Shown here: positions 1-7,367 of the stretch, piece after piece
Numbering within the stretch: position 1 is the stretch's first letter
How the letters are laid out: each line of letters opens with the position of its first letter
Virus record (IMG/VR): IMGVR_UViG_638341087_000017
From: a virus
Taxonomy: Duplodnaviria > Heunggongvirae > Uroviricota > Caudoviricetes
Strand: one strand, 5' to 3'
Length of the DNA stretch: 8,852 bases
Made by a program: the position numbers and the translations under genes
The notes under the pieces: generated by a model
Told to the model about the DNA's origin: nothing
Database searches by the model: none
What the model saw: the letters and a program-made list of their open reading frames with translations, nothing else

Positions 1-72
1 GACAAAACTCCCTATTTAAATATTCATTCCAAACACTGGGAGTCATCACAAACAGCCCCCATACATGACAAC

Positions 73-99
73 AAAAACCGGAGCCAGACTCCGGTTTTT
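73..99 (-). terminator. Bidirectional rho-independent terminator-like hairpin downstream of the last minus-strand gene
   Basis: Plus strand reads aaaaa-ccggag-ccaga-ctccgg-ttttt: a perfect 6-bp GC-rich stem (78-83 / 89-94), 5-nt loop, with an A5 run on one side and a T5 run on the other, so it has a U-tract in either orientation. It lies 15 nt past the stop codon (114-116) of the small minus-strand ORF. Confidence 0.65.
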
Positions 100-113
100 G
101 TGAATCCGTCGGG

Positions 114-383
114 TTACTTCATCCCGCCAATATTTTCCCACGTCCCGTCAGCACGCAGGATTTGCAGCGGTCTTACCACGCACTGTATCTGCTTTTTATC
201 CGCATCCAGTATCACCACCTGCGTGATTACCCTGTCCTGCTCCGGGATAATGCCATTCTCATCTGACTCCAGGATGTCTGCCGGCCCCAGTCGCAGCTGT
301 GCTGTAAGTAACTCCCCGTGTTCACGGTCATCATGCTTTCCGCAACCACACAGACGCTGCATAAGTTTTTTTAGTATGTTCAT
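114..383 (-). CDS. Hypothetical 89-aa protein; C-terminal ~55 residues paralogous to the C-terminal domain of the upstream tail fibre
   Basis: ATG at 383-381 is preceded by a strong Shine-Dalgarno (minus strand CAGGAGAATGAC-ATG). It sits 1 nt after the TGA stop (387-385) of the fibre gene, which suggests translational coupling. Stop is TAA at 116-114. Product MNILKKLMQRLCGCGKHDDREHGELLTAQLRLGPADILESDENGIIPEQDRVITQVVILDADKKQIQCVVRPLQILRADGTWENIGGMK. The segment RLGPADILESDENGIIP...LQILRADGTWENI aligns with the fibre C-terminus [17 protein letters not shown]...[13 protein letters not shown]. The 133-aa track ORF (114..515) is the same frame extended upstream into the fibre gene; the SD-associated ATG at 383 is the more plausible start. 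I do not recognise the N-terminal 30 residues. Confidence 0.6.
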   Translation of the reverse strand: MNILKKLMQRLCGCGKHDDREHGELLTAQLRLGPADILESDENGIIPEQDRVITQVVILDADKKQIQCVVRPLQILRADGTWENIGGMK

Positions 384-384
384 G

Positions 385-1590
385 TCATTCTCCTGTTCTG
401 CCTGTATCACTGCCCACTTCATCCAGCCCCTTAACATCCTGCCACGGCCCGTCACCAAACCTGACCTGCAAATGCCGAAACAGCCCCTGAACCTGTGTGG
501 CATCTTTGGGGTCAAGAAAGGTCAGTCCGGTGATGAGTGCGCCATCTGTATCCGGGAACCAGCCATTGCTGTTTGTCTCAATAATGCTCGCCGGCCCCAG
601 ACGAAAACGGATTTGTGTCTCCCCCGGGTCGCCCTTCGGTCCCTGAGGTCCGGTTGCCCCCACCGGGCCAGCCGCACCTGTTTCTCCTTTCGGTCCCTGT
701 GGGCCTGCCGGACCAGCATCACCTGCCGGTCCCCGTTCGCCGGTTGCCCCGACAGGGCCGGTGTCACCGCGCTCTCCCTTATCACCCTTCGGCCCCTGAG
801 GACCCGCGGGCCCCTGTTCCCCCTTTGGCCCGGGAGGTCCCACCACGGTGGGGATTCGGTTTACGGCCTCTTCCGCCGCTATCCTGCTTTGTTCCGCTGA
901 CTGTGCGCTTTCTGCTGACTCCCGGGCTTTTTCTGTTGCGGTCGTTGCATCCCTGGCTGCATTACCGGCTGCACTTTCTGCCGTCTTTCTTGACAATTCA
1001 GCTTCTGCTGCACTTTGTGATGACTCACTGGCTTTTTGAGCGGCCGCAGAAGCCGAGGACGAGGACGCATCCTCTGACTGCTTTGCAGCGGCTGCACTTT
1101 CTGCCGCCTGCCGGGCTGACTCCGATGCCTCCCCTGCTGAAGTGTCAGCATTTGCAGCGCTCTCTTCTGCCTGACTGGCTGATATGCCGGCATTCCTCGC
1201 TGACGTCTCCGCCTCTCCGGCATTCTTCTTCGCCTCCTCAGCGTGACGCGCCACCTCTTCCACCATCAGTTCAAAACGACGCAGTGCCTCCGGCCGGACG
1301 TCATCCTCCGACATGGCACCGAGAAAATCATTCAGCGTCCCCGGTTGAGAATCTTCATACACGGTGATGGTCCCGGCATGTGACGGCGGGAATCCTTCCA
1401 CCAACAGAATGACGCTGTACTGACCGTACTCAACGTCCATGCTGTAACGACCGGCTTCATCCGGATTTTCTGAGGCCACCGTGTTCACCACCACCGTGGC
1501 GCTGTTACGTCTGGCTTTCAGTTGAATGGTGCAGTTCTCTACCGGTTTTCCTGTGCCGTCTTTCAGTACACCTGAAATCTTTACTGCCAT
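385..1590 (-). CDS. stf: Side tail fibre protein (lambda Stf-like N-terminus) with Ala/Ser/Glu-rich low-complexity region, collagen-like Gly-X-Y tract and a ~76-aa C-terminal domain
   Basis: After the track's leading MN, the product begins [97 protein letters not shown], which matches my recollection of the lambda Stf N-terminus. I place the start at the ATG at 1590-1588 (the track starts 2 codons upstream at a GTG, 1596). Position after lom matches the lambda order J-lom-stf. Stop is TGA at 387-385. Confidence 0.85.
   Translation of the reverse strand: MAVKISGVLKDGTGKPVENCTIQLKARRNSATVVVNTVASENPDEAGRYSMDVEYGQYSVILLVEGFPPSHAGTITVYEDSQPGTLNDFLGAMSEDDVRPEALRRFELMVEEVARHAEEAKKNAGEAETSARNAGISASQAEESAANADTSAGEASESARQAAESAAAAKQSEDASSSSASAAAQKASESSQSAAEAELSRKTAESAAGNAARDATTATEKARESAESAQSAEQSRIAAEEAVNRIPTVVGPPGPKGEQGPAGPQGPKGDKGERGDTGPVGATGERGPAGDAGPAGPQGPKGETGAAGPVGATGPQGPKGDPGETQIRFRLGPASIIETNSNGWFPDTDGALITGLTFLDPKDATQVQGLFRHLQVRFGDGPWQDVKGLDEVGSDTGRTGE
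616..840 (-). repeat. Collagen-like tract: 25 uninterrupted Gly-X-Y triplets inside the tail fibre gene
   Basis: Translation [75 protein letters not shown] has glycine at every third residue with no interruption. On the plus strand this appears as a Pro-rich mirror frame (track ORF 615..1367). Confidence 0.85.
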
Positions 1591-1601
1591 ATTCACCCCA
1601 C

Positions 1602-1627
1602 AAAAAAGCCCGCCTGAACCGGCGGGC
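1602..1627 (-). terminator. Rho-independent terminator-like hairpin downstream of lom
   Basis: Plus strand aaaaaa-gcccgcc-tgaacc-ggcgggc: a 7-bp GC stem (1608-1614 / 1621-1627) with 6-nt loop. On the minus strand the stem is followed by TTTTTT. It lies between the lom stop (1657-1655) and the stf start (1590). Confidence 0.7.
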
Positions 1628-1654
1628 TGTCATAACACTGTGTTACCTGGCTAA

Positions 1655-2254
1655 TCAGAACTTATAACCGACACCCATGATGAAACCGTCAGTGCGCCAG
1701 TCGCCACTGCCGGAGCCTTCATAAGCAATATCAATGGCCACGGATTCGGTCGGGTTAAACTGCACGCCAGCTCCCCACGCCAGAGACGTGTTGCTGTGGC
1801 GACCGTCATCACTTCCGGTCAGCACGTCGTGCGTTTTCCCCTTGTTGTCAGTTACGCGGAGATAATCCCCGGAGAAAGTCGACACACGGCTGTAAGCCAC
1901 TCCCGCCATCGCATACGCGCTGAACCATTCATTCACGCGCACAGACGGCCCCGCCATTACGCTGAACCAGCGGTTACGCACGGAATCTTCATGCCAGCGG
2001 GTATCGCTGTAACGGGTAAGCTGGCGATTCCTGTCTCCTGCATAGCTGAACGACGTCACCATCCCCAGTGTGTCCGTAAACTCATAACGGTATTTCACGT
2101 TAATCCCGTTCAGTTCATCGCTGCCAGGAACGTTCGTCGAGACATGAAGATACCCCGCGCTCAGCGTTGACTGATGTTCAGACGCCCATGCAGGCGCACC
2201 AGATACGGCCAGACAAATGGCTGCGGACAAAATGGCGGCATAAAGTTTACGCAT
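1655..2254 (-). CDS. lom: Lom/Ail family outer-membrane beta-barrel protein (prophage moron)
   Basis: 199-aa product with an N-terminal signal-peptide-like segment ([24 protein letters not shown]) and C-terminal ...[27 protein letters not shown] ending in an aromatic residue, as expected for an outer-membrane beta-barrel. It resembles lambda Lom as I recall it ([39 protein letters not shown]). SD GAGAGG lies 7 nt upstream of the ATG at 2254. Position immediately after J is canonical. Confidence 0.92.
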   Translation of the reverse strand: MRKLYAAILSAAICLAVSGAPAWASEHQSTLSAGYLHVSTNVPGSDELNGINVKYRYEFTDTLGMVTSFSYAGDRNRQLTRYSDTRWHEDSVRNRWFSVMAGPSVRVNEWFSAYAMAGVAYSRVSTFSGDYLRVTDNKGKTHDVLTGSDDGRHSNTSLAWGAGVQFNPTESVAIDIAYEGSGSGDWRTDGFIMGVGYKF

Positions 2255-2278
2255 AATTACCTCTCGCTTTTCTGCAAT

Positions 2279-2302
2279 AAAAAAGGCGTCATTTCTGACG
2301 CC
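2279..2302 (-). terminator. Rho-independent terminator-like hairpin immediately downstream of J (tJ-like)
   Basis: Plus strand aaaaaa-ggcgtca-tttc-tgacgcc: 7-bp stem (2285-2291 / 2296-2302) with 4-nt loop. On the minus strand the stem is followed by TTTTTT. It lies 19 nt after the J stop (2323-2321) and about 25 nt before the lom ATG. Confidence 0.7.
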
Positions 2303-2320
2303 CGTTCTGGGTTATAAAAT

Positions 2321-5300
2321 TCAGCTGATACTGATACCTGCTGTGGATTTTTTCATCACCACAACCAGCAGATCGCTGATACTTGCTGTGGGATACCAGT
2401 TATTTACCAGCCATGCTGACACCGAAAACTCCAGCGTCATGTGACCGTGACCGGCAGGCATATCAATAACGCCACTGTAAATCAGCGTATTATCCAGCGC
2501 GGTACGGTTATAAATTTCAGCACCGTTTTTCCGCACTATCAGACGGCATGAGGAGTAAATATCAGTATGCTCTCTCTCATGTTTAGCGCCGCTGAATGCC
2601 ACCGCCGGAATAACAATTTGCCGGTCAAACGGCTGATCGTCATAAACCCTGACGGTAATGGTCCCTGATGGCCACCGCTCCGGTGCACGGGAATCCCGGG
2701 GGAAAGCTTTGCCCACTGTTTTAACGAGATCGCCTTCAATCTGGTTCGCGGACAGTTTTCCCAGAACCCGACAGTTCTCGTTAATCGTGACGTTGTTGAG
2801 CGTCCCGGAATTCGCATTCACGTTACCGCTGATATCAGCATTTCTTGCGGTCAGCCTGCCCTCCGGCGTCAGGGAAAACGTCGGGGGGTTGCCGGATGAC
2901 GTGATACTCACCGCAAACAGTCGCTTCAGGAACACGTCGTTCATGAACAGCTGATTCCCCTGCGCCACAAATAACGGCGTGCTGTTGCCGCTCTCCGGAT
3001 TTATCATCGCGATACGGTCAGCCAGCAGCAGTATGTTGCTCAGTGACTGGCCATCAGTATCCTCAATCCCCGCTCCAATCCCGGCCACATAGGGAATGCC
3101 GTCTTTCGTTTTTTGAACCTTCAGCATGTAAAGTGCAGCAAGGTCATCATTTGTGTCCTTCTGCACGCGCTGTATCTGCTGTATGGTGGCGCTCTGGTCT
3201 TCCAGCGTTTTACTGACCGTCTGTGTGATTTCATTGCGGGTTTCGGTGATGGTGGTCTTCATCTCCGCCATCTCATCCGCAAGCTGGCTGTTGTCTATCA
3301 GCTCCCACAGCCCCTGAGCCAGATGCAGTTTTCCTATTTTTTCCCGAAACAGCCCCAGATACCCTTCTGCATCATTGCTGGCCCGGCCACTGGCTTCCAC
3401 AAAAGCAGATTTCCCCACCAGGTTGACGCTGCGCACGTAAAACCAGAAATCCTTCCCGGGCTTAATGTGCGGGCCGGATACACTCCACTGACTGCCGGTC
3501 CCCAGATAACGGGCAGAGGTTTCCACCTGAGATGTGTCTGCGATTTTTGCCTCCGAAAACCAGAACTCAAACTGTACCGTCGGGTCATACACCGCAAGAC
3601 GCGGGACCGCTGTTATCTGAAAATAGCCCGGTGTCAGCTCAATCGTGGCGGGTACCGCAGGTGCATTAATCCTGAACGTGGTGGTGGCCGGTTCGCCCTG
3701 CTGGCCATAACTGTTAATTGCCCTGACTGTCAGGGTGTATTCCCCGAGCGGCAGACCACTGAAACGGTGCGCCGTGTCTGCGGTGATGGCGGTGGTCACC
3801 AGACGGCTGTCTTCTCCGCTTCCGCTGGTCAGGCGCAGACTGAAGCGCACACCCTTCACCACCCGCGGCGTGTCCCATTTCGCCTGTGCCAGATACTGAC
3901 CGTCAGCCGCGCTCACCTCCACCGTCAGGTGCTGCACTGCCGGCGGGATGACGCTGTTCAGCGAACCGGACAGTGGCTCAAAGCTGGCCCCGTTATCCAC
4001 AATGGCTTCTTTTTCCGGCACATGCTGCACTGCCGTGATGGCAAAGGTACCGTCCGTGTTTTCCCGGATGGAAACACAGCGGAACAGGCGACGACGCAGT
4101 GACGGCAGGGAGAGTCCCCACACACCGTATGTCTCCACGCCATCCGGCAGGGTACTGACCTGTATCCGGTCCGGCGCGGGGTGTGCGGTGATGTCCACAC
4201 TCACCGGCTTACCGCTGCCGTTAATCAGGTTCACCGTGGCGGCACCGGTCTCCGGCAGGGTCACCTCACGGTCCAGTGTCAGGGTGCGGCTGGCGGCATC
4301 GATGGACAGGACACGTCCGCCGGTCATGGTCCCGGCATAGTCGTTATCACAGATTTCAATAATGTCACCGGGTGTGTGACGCAGCCCCTGTGACCCGAGC
4401 GTGAAATCCACCGTCTGCGTTTCCAGCAGTCCGGTCTTTATCACCCACAGCCCGGCACGGTGGGCCTGACCGCGACTGGTGCAACCGAACGCATCCATCT
4501 TCAGCAGGTTGCGCCCGTAGCGCAGTATGGCTTCCGGGTCTTCCACCAGTTCCGTGGAGGTCTGCCAGCCGTTCTGCGGGTCGGTGTAATTCACCTCCAC
4601 CGCCGTGTGGCGGTCCTTCAGGGCGCTGAAGCTGTAGCGAAACCCCACGCCGTTATCATCCACCACCACATCGCAGTTGGTGTACGGCCACACCACATCC
4701 GACGGGCGGTCCTGAACGAACGTCAGCGTCTGGCCGTTCCATACCGGCATACAGCGCATCGCCGAGCAGAAATCACTGAGAACGTCCCACGCCTTACGCT
4801 GTTGTGACAGGTACGCATTAAAGGTCATCCGCGGCTCTGTGCCCCCGAAACCATCCGGGACCGTCTGGTCGCAGTACTGCCCGATGGCATACAGCGCCCA
4901 CTTGTCAACATCCGCCGCCACCAGACGTTTTCCCATGCCGTAGCGCGGGTGAGTCAGCATGTCCCACAGGCACCAGGCCGGGTTGTTGCTGTATGCCGGT
5001 TTCAGGCTGCCGTCCCAGATGCCGCTGTACGTGCGTTTTTCCGGGTCATAGTTTGACGGTACCTGGATGATGCGACCTCGGATATGGTAGTTCACCGTCA
5101 TCTGCTGACCGCCAAACTGCTCCGCATCCACCTGCATCCCCACAATCGCCGTGTTCGGGTAGCACTGTTTCACATCGATGATTTCGGTGTATGACGACCA
5201 GAGCGTCTTATTCTGCAGCTGGTCCGGGGTGCTGTCCGCTGTCTCCCGGACCATCCGGATGTTAAAAGGACGGGGAGGCAGATTATCCAGAATCACCGAC

Positions 5301-5794
5301 GCCAGAAACTGCGAGGTGGTCTTGCCGTTAATGGTGACATCCTTTTCCGTCACCCAGTTACCGTTACGCTGCAACTGAATCAGCAGTCGGACAGAAGAGG
5401 GATTACGGTCGCCCTTTGAGGTGGTCTCCACCAGTGACTGCACCCCGAAGGTGACCCGCAGACGGTCAATGTTCGCTGACGTGATGGTGCGCGTCACCGG
5501 CTTTGCCTTCGTCACTTCCACGCCCAGTGCGGTTTCAGAGCCGGATGACTCAAAACCTTCCGGCGGTGTCTGCTCCTGCTCCCCGGCGCGCCAGACCGCT
5601 GTCACACCATGTATCACAGGATTACCGTCCGTGTCCGTCAGCGGGGTTTTGTTCACCAGGATACTCTGCAGCCCCTTCACCGGACCTTCAATCGGCCCTT
5701 CACCAATGGCGTCAATCACGCTCATCATCTGCGTGGACTTAAGATTGTCCTTTGCCTCTACCGGCGTGTGCGCCTTGCCGCCACCTTTACCCAC
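2321..5794 (-). CDS. J: Tail tip / central tail fibre host-specificity protein J
   Basis: 1157-aa product starting [22 protein letters not shown]... with long stretches that match my memory of lambda gpJ ([100 protein letters not shown]). Start is GTG at 5794-5792, preceded by AGGAGAGGGGG. Size and position (after I, before lom) are canonical. The last ~150 residues differ from my recollection of lambda. Confidence 0.95.
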   Translation of the reverse strand: MGKGGGKAHTPVEAKDNLKSTQMMSVIDAIGEGPIEGPVKGLQSILVNKTPLTDTDGNPVIHGVTAVWRAGEQEQTPPEGFESSGSETALGVEVTKAKPVTRTITSANIDRLRVTFGVQSLVETTSKGDRNPSSVRLLIQLQRNGNWVTEKDVTINGKTTSQFLASVILDNLPPRPFNIRMVRETADSTPDQLQNKTLWSSYTEIIDVKQCYPNTAIVGMQVDAEQFGGQQMTVNYHIRGRIIQVPSNYDPEKRTYSGIWDGSLKPAYSNNPAWCLWDMLTHPRYGMGKRLVAADVDKWALYAIGQYCDQTVPDGFGGTEPRMTFNAYLSQQRKAWDVLSDFCSAMRCMPVWNGQTLTFVQDRPSDVVWPYTNCDVVVDDNGVGFRYSFSALKDRHTAVEVNYTDPQNGWQTSTELVEDPEAILRYGRNLLKMDAFGCTSRGQAHRAGLWVIKTGLLETQTVDFTLGSQGLRHTPGDIIEICDNDYAGTMTGGRVLSIDAASRTLTLDREVTLPETGAATVNLINGSGKPVSVDITAHPAPDRIQVSTLPDGVETYGVWGLSLPSLRRRLFRCVSIRENTDGTFAITAVQHVPEKEAIVDNGASFEPLSGSLNSVIPPAVQHLTVEVSAADGQYLAQAKWDTPRVVKGVRFSLRLTSGSGEDSRLVTTAITADTAHRFSGLPLGEYTLTVRAINSYGQQGEPATTTFRINAPAVPATIELTPGYFQITAVPRLAVYDPTVQFEFWFSEAKIADTSQVETSARYLGTGSQWSVSGPHIKPGKDFWFYVRSVNLVGKSAFVEASGRASNDAEGYLGLFREKIGKLHLAQGLWELIDNSQLADEMAEMKTTITETRNEITQTVSKTLEDQSATIQQIQRVQKDTNDDLAALYMLKVQKTKDGIPYVAGIGAGIEDTDGQSLSNILLLADRIAMINPESGNSTPLFVAQGNQLFMNDVFLKRLFAVSITSSGNPPTFSLTPEGRLTARNADISGNVNANSGTLNNVTINENCRVLGKLSANQIEGDLVKTVGKAFPRDSRAPERWPSGTITVRVYDDQPFDRQIVIPAVAFSGAKHEREHTDIYSSCRLIVRKNGAEIYNRTALDNTLIYSGVIDMPAGHGHMTLEFSVSAWLVNNWYPTASISDLLVVVMKKSTAGISIS

Positions 5795-5837
5795 TCTGTC
5801 CCCCTCTCCTGTCTGATGTCTGAATCTGTTTATGCCC

Positions 5838-5869
5838 CAAAAACGACAGGCACCCCGGAGGGTGCCTGT
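5838..5869 (-). terminator. Terminator-like hairpin in the I-J spacer, oriented for the minus strand, ~45 nt upstream of the J start
   Basis: Plus strand 5846-5869: acaggcaccc-cgga-gggtgcctgt, a perfect 10-bp GC-rich stem with 4-nt loop. On the minus strand the stem is followed by CG then TTTTT (plus-strand 5839-5843 aaaaa). Whether it terminates, attenuates or only stabilises RNA cannot be decided from sequence. Confidence 0.45.
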
Positions 5870-6003
5870 GTCATGACGGAATAAAATTTCTGAATTTCTT
5901 CACATTTTCTGTACGCCCCCGTGGCAGATATCATTCCCGGGCGTTACAGTTTTTTCGGGCCAATAAAAACAAAACTCCCTGTGGTTAATCTTCATTTTCT
6001 GTT

Positions 6004-6035
6004 CCCGCAGCCTCCATACACTGCGGGATTTTTTT
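6004..6035 (+). terminator. Terminator-like hairpin in the I-J spacer, oriented for the plus strand (antisense to the tail operon)
   Basis: Plus strand cccgcag-cctccataca-ctgcggg followed by a, then 7 T (6029-6035): 7-bp stem, 10-nt loop, U-tract on the plus strand. It abuts the I stop codon (6043-6041). No credible plus-strand gene lies upstream of it. Confidence 0.45.
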
Positions 6036-6040
6036 ATGCT

Positions 6041-6721
6041 TTACCCCTGCCGCCCGATAACCACCACCTTCCCGCCCCCGCCTTCATCACGGGTGCTGAT
6101 GTCCTGGGAGATTCGCCGGGAGCCAACCAGCATTTCACCGTAAGGCACCGGCATCGGGTTCCCCTGAGCAATCATGTTGTCCAGTGAGGAAAAATACGTG
6201 TTCTGTCTGCCGTTATCCGTTGCGCGGTAATCCGGTGTTTTTGCCTTCGGGGCAAGCATCTGAGCCACACCACCCAGTATCATGCTGGCCCCCAGTGAAA
6301 ACAGCATCGTGGTGGCAGAAAAACCACCGGCTGCCAGGGCTGAACCCCATAACGCCATTGATGCCCCGGCAGTGAAGAAAGAGCCCACGATGGCTGCCGC
6401 CCCCAGCACAATCTGCAGTCCACCTTTTCCGGCCCCGGCCAGTCGCGGCACAATGTGGATGACCGTTCCCTCACCCAGCTGTTCGTGAAGACGGGCGTAC
6501 ACCGCCTCCGGTGCCGTGTCCTCACCGCGAATACGTATCTGGTACCAGCCTTCGTTCATCTGACGGCGGAATCCCGGCATCTGCATCGACAGGGCACGGA
6601 TGGCTTCCGCTGCCGTGTTCACATACAGGCTGAGGCGGCGGCCAAATCGTTGTAAATCCCCGTGAAGGCAGATGCGTGCCAGTGGCGGTGACGCCAGACA
6701 GAATGCGTTCGTCGTTGCCAT
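6041..6721 (-). CDS. I: Tail tip assembly protein I
   Basis: 226-aa product MATTNAFCLASPPLARICLHGDLQRFGRR...IHIVPR.AGA...QIVLGAAAI.GSFFTAG...FSLGASM.LGGVAQMLAPKA.TP...DNG.QNTYFSSLDNM.AQGN..PV.YGEM.VGSR..SQ.IST.DEG.GG.VVVIGR matches my memory of lambda gpI in sequence and length. The ATG at 6721 has an upstream GGGAGAGG. The start overlaps the 3' end of K by 103 nt. Confidence 0.93.
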   Translation of the reverse strand: MATTNAFCLASPPLARICLHGDLQRFGRRLSLYVNTAAEAIRALSMQMPGFRRQMNEGWYQIRIRGEDTAPEAVYARLHEQLGEGTVIHIVPRLAGAGKGGLQIVLGAAAIVGSFFTAGASMALWGSALAAGGFSATTMLFSLGASMILGGVAQMLAPKAKTPDYRATDNGRQNTYFSSLDNMIAQGNPMPVPYGEMLVGSRRISQDISTRDEGGGGKVVVIGRQG

Positions 6722-7362
6722 TTTTCGGAATACCTCTCCCGTTTACTCAGTTGTTCAGGCAGATGGTGAAGCAGTTCACCGTTGCCGCAGTAAATGGCGG
6801 CATGATTGGCCACCGATGCGCCAAAGCAGCACAGCAGGATATCGCCCGCCTGTGCAGAGGACAGGGGCACCCGGTAAAAGCCGGTGACCGCCATATTGTC
6901 CAGGTAAAGGTTCTGACCGTTGCGCCACCAGTCATCCTCACGCTCAAAATCCGGCATATCAATTCCCGCCAGATGGTAGGCATCCCGGAACAGCGTGTAA
7001 CAGTCCGTCACCCCGTGCTCAAAGCGCCGTCCTGTCAGATGTGGCACACAGCGGAATTTATGAATTTCCCCCCGGCAGACCAGCCACCAGGACAGTGCAC
7101 TTTTTATCTGCAGCCGCCGGTCAGCCTCGCTCAGCCAGGGCAGCCCACCGGGATGACTGTGGACCAGTGCCACAATCTCCCCCTGCATCTCTGCCCGCAG
7201 CCAGTCTTCCGGTGCGATACGAAAATACGCCTCCGGCTCTGCAGAAATATTCACACAAGGGATATACCGCTCCCCCTCCGGCGTTCTCACCACGAAGCCG
7301 CACGACTCCGCAGGCGCACACCGCCGGGCATGCGCCAGAATCGCTGATTCTGTCTGTGTCAT
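6619..7362 (-). CDS. K: Tail tip assembly protein K (N-terminal MPN/JAMM-like domain plus C-terminal NlpC/P60-like domain)
   Basis: 247-aa product MTQTESAILAHARRCAPAESCGFV... contains the JAMM signature H-S-H-x7-S-x2-D (VHSHPGGLPWLSEAD) and a downstream Cys/His pair typical of NlpC/P60 (GVTDCYTLFRDAY ... ANHAAIY). Position between L and I is canonical. Start is ATG at 7362, 5 nt after the L stop. Confidence 0.93.
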   Translation of the reverse strand: MTQTESAILAHARRCAPAESCGFVVRTPEGERYIPCVNISAEPEAYFRIAPEDWLRAEMQGEIVALVHSHPGGLPWLSEADRRLQIKSALSWWLVCRGEIHKFRCVPHLTGRRFEHGVTDCYTLFRDAYHLAGIDMPDFEREDDWWRNGQNLYLDNMAVTGFYRVPLSSAQAGDILLCCFGASVANHAAIYCGNGELLHHLPEQLSKRERYSEKWQRRTHSVWRHRHWHASAFTGIYNDLAAASACM

Positions 7363-7367
7363 TGGAT

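Noticed and set aside
114-383. Cor-like superinfection-exclusion lipoprotein (found after tail-fibre genes in some lambdoid phages)
   Set aside because: The N-terminus (MNILKKLMQRLCGCG) is charged and lacks a hydrophobic signal peptide with a proper lipobox context, and the C-terminus is homologous to the fibre tip.
384-515. N-terminal 44-residue extension of the 133-aa track ORF (114..515)
   Set aside because: The extension overlaps the 3' end of the fibre gene in another frame and starts without an RBS, whereas the internal ATG at 383 has a strong SD and sits right after the fibre stop. I call the gene as 114..383.
114-615. Diversity-generating retroelement (template/variable repeat pair) explaining the similarity between the fibre C-terminus and the small ORF
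   Set aside because: DGR repeats are near-identical at DNA level, with differences concentrated at template adenines. Here the two copies are strongly diverged at nucleotide level and no reverse transcriptase is present in the window.
615-1367. 250-aa Pro-rich plus-strand ORF (and the 63-aa and 114-aa alternative-frame ORFs at 848..1039 and 879..1223)
   Set aside because: It is the reverse-complement mirror of the Gly-X-Y and Ala-rich coding tract of the minus-strand fibre gene (GGN codons read as NCC, Pro, on the other strand). There is no independent start context, and the minus-strand gene has clear homology.
114-1590. Invertible tail-fibre segment (Gin/Pin/Cin-type shufflon) providing alternative fibre C-termini
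   Set aside because: The homologous copy is in direct orientation, not inverted. I found no inverted crossover repeats flanking it and no invertase gene in the window.
1796-2170. 124-aa plus-strand ORF antisense to lom
   Set aside because: It is entirely contained within lom on the opposite strand and has no supporting features.
3113-4102. 329-aa plus-strand ORF antisense to J (and other plus-strand or alternative-frame ORFs inside J, e.g. 2658..2954, 3948..4340, 4460..4807, 5421..5816, 2539..2817)
   Set aside because: Long antisense open frames are expected in GC-rich, codon-biased genes. The products have no recognisable features and J occupies the region with strong homology.
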